Assembly (NCBI RefSeq): GCF_001194135.2
Contig: NC_068988.1
Coordinates: forward strand, 33,578,108 to 33,622,667
From: Octopus bimaculoides
Taxonomy: Eukaryota
Direction: 5' to 3'
Length of the DNA stretch: 44,560 nt
Part shown: positions 38,184 through 44,560 of the stretch, in pieces
Numbering within the stretch: position 1 is the first letter of the stretch
Layout: each line of letters starts with the position of its first letter
Notes under the pieces: generated by a model
Database searches by the model: none
Seen by the model: the letters and a program-made list of their open reading frames with translations, nothing else
What the model was told of the DNA's origin: nothing
Translations under genes and position numbers: made by a program

Positions 38184-38585
38184 GAAATTTAATAAATGGA
38201 GTAATACGCATATGTTAAATGGATTCTTTTATTTCCGACATATGTTTCGAAGATTACAAATGGTTTCTTTCAAAAGAATAAGTGATGTTGATAAAGATGT
38301 AATCTTCTCTTCAGAGAAATGCATAAGAGCGAACTTAACCGTAAGACATTTTAACCGAATTTTTCAAATAAGATAGGTAGCAATCTTCTCTACCCCCACA
38401 GTTATCACATTCGGTTAAAATGTCTTACGGTTAAGCTGGCAGTTATGTATTTCCCTGAAGAGAAGATAACATTTTTATCAACATCACTAATTCCTTTGAA
38501 AGGAGCCGTTTGTAATCTTCGAGACATATGTCGGAAATAAAAAAATTCATTTAACATATGCGTATTACTCCATTTATTAAATTTC
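38184..38585. mobile_element. Foldback/MITE-like element with 177-bp inverted arms and a 48-bp spacer
   Basis: 38184-38360 is the reverse complement of 38409-38585, with about 16 mismatches by manual count. Flanks are TA-rich. Confidence 0.9.
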
Positions 38586-38857
38586 CTATATATATATATT
38601 TATATATATATATATATAGTAACCTATCTAACGGTCTTTTCTCAAGTTCTAAATCCTTCTACGTACTCTTGATTTTGCTTCAACTGAACAGCGGACGCTT
38701 AAGATTTAGATATTCCACTATTATTTGAGCATAGCCATAAAATTTATGATTACCTGGAATTGCGTATTCTTACATATTATTCCTAGTTGGTTCATTGTGA
38801 AACCTTACCATCACAAATCGATGCTGGCACTTATTGGCATCAAATGTAATTACTCAC

Positions 38858-38938
38858 GTGTTGTAACTATAAACATCTTTGACTTCTGATGGATTTACGG
38901 CCTGTTGGAATATCGTGAGCAGTATGCCTACTACTGCT
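38858..38938 (-). CDS. Candidate 81-nt internal exon of an unidentified gene
   Basis: Acceptor ctttttcatttcaag and donor gtgagt. Only one frame is fully open (AVVGILLTIFQQAVNPSEVKDVYSYNT, phase 2-2). No homology is recognised. Confidence 0.25.
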
Positions 38939-39073
38939 CTTGAAATGAAAAAGTCACACTGAGATATCTGTCATCATGTTGTATGCCAAATTCGCATCAC
39001 CTTCCAAATTTCTATAGATTTAGATATTAACTTTTCTTAATCAGTGTCCCTTTATCAAATTTAAATGTTAATA

Positions 39074-39705
39074 CTTCGTGGCTGTGTGGTAAGAAACCTG
39101 CTTCCCAACCAATTTGACCCGGATTCAGTCTTATTTCGTGACAGATTGAGCAAGTGTTTTATACTATAGTTTCGGGCAGACCAAAGATTTGTGAGTGGAT
39201 TTAGTCGGCAGAAACTGATATATTTATATATATACCAGAGTAAGCACATAAATTCGAGACAAGGTGGTTAAAATTCTCGACGAAAACTGTCCGACGAACG
39301 GGAAGGTGAAATTCTGACTAGGCGTTTCGAAGATTAGGCACTAGGCGCTGTTAGAATAGCTCTTCCTGCAAAGCAAATTAATCCTGCTGGGCGGAGGATT
39401 CCACAGTGGCGACCAAAAACCAAGACAGTGGAAACTAACACTGAAAACAACGTTGAGGGCTGTTAAGCCGAACGAGATGATATATATATATATTTGTGCG
39501 TTTCTCTTGTCTGCCGCCCCACCATTGCTTGACAACCGATGTTGGCGTTTTTACATCACTGTAACTTAGTGGTTTGTCAAAAGAGTTTGGTAGAATAAGT
39601 ACTAAGATTACATAGAATAAATCCTGGCGTCGATTGCTTCGGTTAAAAGAAGTGGGGTTCGAGCATAGCCGCATTCACAAACAAGTAAAAGAACATAAAA
39701 GAAAA
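39074..39705 (+). mobile_element. SINE family B, split at its internal microsatellite by an insertion at 39235-39479
   Basis: The 5' half (tggctgtgtggtaag...gcaagtgt...gtggattt...gaaactga) matches the 44358 copy. The 3' half matches the tail at 4414-4502. Confidence 0.75.
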
Positions 39706-39753
39706 AGGAAATAGCATGGAGAGGTTATAAATAAATATATTGGCGATGTTATC

Positions 39754-40256
39754 CAGTGATTCTCAACCAAACTCCATATGTCCCCTGGGTGTCCATATAA
39801 AATTTTGGAGGTCCATGCAACAAAATAGTAACTTCGGTACTCACACTAGTTTTTTAAGTGTTTCTGAATAAAATGATCTCTTTATATATGTATTGGAATG
39901 TATTGCAAGAAAGAATTAGGTTTCTTTCTCTAATACTTTTCATAGTCCTACTTACACACGTTAAATGCGGCGAGGTGGCAGAAACTTTATCACGCCGGGT
40001 GAAATGCTTCGCTGTATTTCGTCTGATATTACCTTCTGAGTTCAAATTCCGCCGAGGTCGACCTTGCCTTGCATCTTTTCGTAATGGGGTCGATCTAATC
40101 GCCTGGCTCCCTCCCCTAAAATGTGGGGCATTCTGCTTAGAGTAGAAAAGAATGTATGAAAATCATATAAATAAGGTTGTATAAAACTAGATTTTATACT
40201 TCAAATGAAATAGATATCAAAGGGGTCCATATTTATAAGAAGGTAGAGAAATCTTG
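39754..40256. mobile_element. Possible hAT-type MITE containing a nested SINE
   Basis: The left end cagtgattctcaacc has an imperfect inverted match ggtagagaaatcttg at the right end, with ggtccat motifs near both ends. No 8-bp TSD is found. Confidence 0.3.
39967..40153 (+). mobile_element. SINE family A, near full length
   Basis: A-box-like tggcagaa and B-box gagttcaaattcc, with a body shared by six other copies in the window. Confidence 0.85.
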
Positions 40257-40289
40257 TAATCTTTGATTTTCTCCACAATATTCTAGATG

Positions 40290-41100
40290 TCGTGGGTCGC
40301 ATTCGAAGTCTACTTAGATATTTGATATTCTTGATATTCCACCATTGTTCCAATATGTTTACCACTATTGTTTGCAGCATGTTTTTCCAATATCATTGCA
40401 CTCTGTTCTAAATTCTTGTTACTAAAACTACTCATTTCACAGCAGCAGCATACCAAATATTATCATCGCTAGACGGGTTGCATCCAAATTAAGGATTGTA
40501 GATACATTTTAGAACATGTTTTCATAGCTTTATGTTACAGGATACAGTTGTGACAAACTGCCTTTCGGTCAGTTTTATTGCCCTGTTTTGGTAAATTCAT
40601 CTCAAATAGAGTCTCATTCAAATTACATAGAAACATTTACAATATTTTGAAATTTGAGCAAGAGAGCCGAGTTTATATTTGGCTTGCTCTGTTATTTCAA
40701 TGCACTTATCATTTTTCTGTTTCACTATTAATAATTTTGCAGCTAGTAAATTACGATGCACTAAATATTTTTTTTCACATGAATACTATTTAATGCTATC
40801 TTCAGACACCACTTTTGTAATTTCACACCAATATCTTCCATAGAAACAAGCGGCTGTTTCTCCTAGACTTAATAGAAATAAATCCAATTTATCATTTTCA
40901 TCTGGCTTCATAAGTCGTAAGATATCATTTAAATAGTGTAATGAATTTATAAAAGACCTTTACAGAGTTATCATTTAACAAATTAATGTTGAGTCCCTTG
41001 GTGGTGAAGTTGATATAATAACATCTGATGTGTTAAAATTCTCATAATTAGTAAGTTGAAGTCAAAATTTAACCGTAGACGTATTTCACACATCAAAACT
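40290..41100 (-). mobile_element. Possible CR1/L2-like LINE endonuclease-region remnant
   Basis: Fragments GLNINLLND (GDFN-like), EDIG, ILEKHAA and QWWNIKNI appear in the expected order but are very degenerate. Confidence 0.3.
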
Positions 41101-41505
41101 TATCGCTTAACGAATCCGTTCCATACACTTACTATATCAAATGGCAAGCTGTCTCTCCCAATGGCCAGCGCATATGTACTCGGGAATCTCGTGATCTTCC
41201 GCGATTGTGTTATTATAAATTACAACAACCATATTAGGCAATAATGATATATTCGAAAAAACAGCCAAATAAATACTCACGAATATAAATTTTACGTCAT
41301 ATATTAACTCGTAGTATTTTTGTTTTTTTATTGTTTTACGAAAGGACGAAGACACACACTGATACATGCACACACAAACTCCCATATTCACTGACAAACA
41401 AACACACGCACACACGCACACACGCACACACACACATGTACAAACACACACATATTTATATATATGGACACATGAATGTATACATATACATATGTATCTA
41501 CGTAT

Positions 41506-41585
41506 GAGGGCATGGCCTAGTGGCTTGGGTGTTGCATTCATGATAGCTAGGTCATTGTTTCGATTCCTGTATTGGATGGGCTTTG
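41506..41585 (+). mobile_element. tRNA-like SINE head (family C)
   Basis: A-box tggcctagtgg and B-box gtttcgattcc are at tRNA-like spacing, but no clean cloverleaf forms. Confidence 0.6.
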
Positions 41586-42339
41586 TTTTCTTGAACAAAA
41601 GAACAAATATCTAAACATCAGGTACATAGCTCATCGATTTAACAACGGAGTATGTATATATGAATCATCAATATGCTTTAACTACTGGTTGCATAGTTTT
41701 GTGAAGTACTTCAGCCAACATTACAAAGTAATACCGAGCCCCCACATACGGCTGAAGGACTGCTAACATAAAACCTTCTGACCTTAATATTCTGTCTTCG
41801 TACTGTGTGTAATTTTGCTCTGTTAATATATTAAGATCTATATATTCATACATGATTATACCTGATTTGAATATTTTCAGTTCTTGTATTGTCTGTATTT
41901 ACATGTATACATTATGTATGTATGTGTGTGTGTATGTATGTATGTATGTATGTATGTACATATGCATGTATATATGTACGTATGCACGTACCTATTATGT
42001 ATATAGATATGTATTAATGCATGCATGTATGTATGTGTGTGTATTTGTGTTTGTGTATAAGTTTATAGATTGGGTTTTGCTTTGCATATTTCCATATACA
42101 AGAATGCATATATTTACATAGTTTTCTTGCTTCCCTTTTCTGTTTTCAGTACTCAATTATTTTCCATTTAATTATTAAAGGAATGTAACAGACCAGACAA
42201 TTTGCATAATACTGAATTTAAATAAAAATGTATTCCCGCGTCTACGAAGTGTTAGACAGTCATAAATCGTCTTGAGAAAGAATTTTATAAACATTGTAAT
42301 TATGCTTCCATCGATAAGCACCAGGCTTGTAATGTCGCT

Positions 42340-43030
42340 GCAGAAGTTTTGTCGACTACATCGATACCTGTGCGCAACTGATGCTCATTTCAACGATCCT
42401 GAAAGAATGAAATGCGAAGTGGAATCTGGCAGAATTTAACTCAAACGGGAAAATGGGTAAAATTATTCTATTTCGTACAGTTCGTTAACGTCAGCCAACT
42501 CACTTCCAAATTCGCTTTTATTACTAATTTCTATTACATACACAGGGCCTGAAATCTGGAAGGAGAGTCTAGTCAATTATATCGACCTCAGTGCCTGACT
42601 GGTACTTGTATCCTTTTGGGTAAAATGCTAAATCAACCTCGGCGGACTTTGAACTTGACGATTTGCTCAAATTGTTTTTTCCGGCACGCTAACGATTCTG
42701 CCAACTCGCCGAATTTTCTTGTTTTGTATTATAGGTACAACACAGGAAATTTAGAGGGACTGGCAAGTCGATTATATTGATCCCGGTACTAGATTGGCGC
42801 TCATTTTATCGACTCTGAAAGGATGAAAGGAAAAGGGGAGCTCGGCGAAATTTGAGCACGATGGTAAGCCGCTAAAGGTTTTCTCTGGCTAACGATTCTG
42901 CGAAATAAACACCTTATTTGTTTGTAATAATTGTTTCTACTATACTCATAAGGCCTGGAATTTGAAGGGAGGAGCTAGACGTTTATATCGACGCCAGTAC
43001 TTGACTGGTACTTATTTCATCGACACAGAA
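42340..43030 (-). mobile_element. Array of four head-to-tail SINE family A copies
   Basis: Copies at about 42340-42503, 42528-42711, 42722-42903 and 42932-43030 each carry the gtc.a.ta.atcgac...ctggt and gaaaggatgaaag blocks in degenerate form. Confidence 0.8.
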
Positions 43031-44357
43031 CAAATAAAAGACTATGTGAAATATGAACTTCCAATGCTCATACAGAAGATTTGCCGCGAAGGATTTTTTC
43101 CGATGCGTTAAACATACTGTTTTACTCACTGCATCGTAATAACAAAATATATTTTCTGTGGCTAATAAATTTTCGTTTTTTAAAGTCATACACAGTAAAT
43201 TGCTTCGTTTTGTTTCCTTACTCGAGATTGTAAGTACCCTTACAAGAGGACTCGTCACTAATACTTGCAGTTCTCCCAACCGACAATCTCAAAAAACCGG
43301 TAAGACTCGAGGAATTATGCATTAAGAAATATTCTTTTTAGATGCTTAATGTAATGGTTTATGTTTAACACTTGAGAGTTGTTTTTATCCTTTATTAACT
43401 TATGGCAAAATACATTGAACATACCAGGGTCCCTGACATATATAGATTTATGACATCACACACACATACATACACCCACACAAACATACACATACACACT
43501 GCCGTACCAAGAAGCGCAGGCACTTACGTGCGTATGTGTCGCTATATCTCCAATATATGTTTGTTATACATCTCGTACATTGATTGAGTAAAGTACTCAC
43601 CGTACTACAAATATGGAGTTGATAATTCTGGATAAAGACTTACTGGATAAAGACTTACAGCTCTACAATTGTCTCAACACATTTCCGTATTTCTGTTAAG
43701 GACGACGAAATACAAAAGAATATTCAATTTATTACAGCGTTCTCAGACTTCACACGTTTAATAGAAGTTATATACGTTTACATAAATGCACCACTTTGTG
43801 TGCATACGTATGTCTCTGCGTGTTGCTATTTATGTATGTGTGTCCATGTGTGGCACAAATATCCTAATAATTTATTGAAATAAAATCCGCTATTTTGTTT
43901 ACCGGGTTTACATATAAGTTCCGCCAATAATTCCATTTCCGGACACCTACACATTATTGACAAAAATGTCAGGTGGTTGTTCAAACCTGACACTTAGAAT
44001 CGGCTGAAGGAGAGGTGTTACACTCCTATTTATGAAAACCATAACTGACATTACCTACTTATATGGAACTACACATGCACATACATACAACACACAAACG
44101 CAACATCCAAATGAATAAATATTTATACATATATTAATATATTTAGCTAGACAGATAGGTAGGTATATAGTACACATATATACCGACAAACAAACAAATA
44201 TACATACACACATACGTTACCACAATGATGTATATATAACCGATTTTCTATTTTAAATATTCGTACAAGTATATTCTTGTTCAACATAGAGATCATAAAG
44301 CTGGAAAATATTTTCGCCTTTAATAAAAGAAATTAATTAAGAAAGCATTTGTTGTAC

Positions 44358-44520
44358 AGGCGCAGGTGCGGATTCCTGGCAGGAAGTTTGCTTGAAAATC
44401 ACATAGCTCCGGAGTCAGCCCCAATGCTTGGCTACTTGGGCAAGTGTCTTGCACTATACCTTCGAACCCACCAAATCCTAATGAATGGATTTGGTAGTTG
44501 GAAACTAAAGAGGAGCCTCG

Positions 44521-44522
<2 letters not shown>
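44358..44522 (+). mobile_element. SINE family B 5' half, followed by (TA)n
   Basis: ttgggcaagtgtctt.cactata...accaaa...gaatggatttggtag.tggaaact, homologous to 39074-39217. Confidence 0.8.
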
Positions 44523-44554
<32 letters not shown>

Positions 44555-44560
44555 TTTTGT

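Noticed and set aside
41506-41585. tRNA gene
   Set aside because: A- and B-boxes are present but the acceptor and anticodon stems do not pair, so this is a SINE head.
1-44560. CRISPR array, rRNA or prokaryotic operon
   Set aside because: No regularly spaced repeat-spacer units, rRNA motifs or gene-dense segments; the sequence is eukaryotic repeat-rich DNA.

Overview
AT-rich, microsatellite-dense eukaryotic DNA from a gapped draft assembly, with 13 N-gaps, most next to (TA)n or other simple repeats. The tRNA-derived SINE families and retroelement mix resemble repeats I recall from octopus genomes, so a coleoid cephalopod origin is an inference, not something shown by the sequence. I recognise no intact protein-coding gene, rRNA, tRNA gene or CRISPR array. 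The window is mostly decayed transposons. These are about six Penelope-like (PLE) coding remnants of two types, two Ty3/Gypsy remnants, a mariner, an RTE LINE 3' end, a probable Dong/R4 3' tail, possible CR1-like remnants, about ten SINE copies, two Helitron-like non-autonomous elements, a possible hAT MITE and a 402-bp foldback element. Most listed ORFs are artefacts of gaps or simple repeats. The most notable structures are a PLE with a 5' inversion of twin-priming geometry, an in-frame gag-integrase Gypsy deletion derivative, hammerhead-like relics at PLE ends, the long hairpin element and a four-copy SINE array. A few splice-site-bounded candidate host exons are weakly supported. I found no convincing evidence of a new biological system. 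Boundaries of degenerate elements are approximate.
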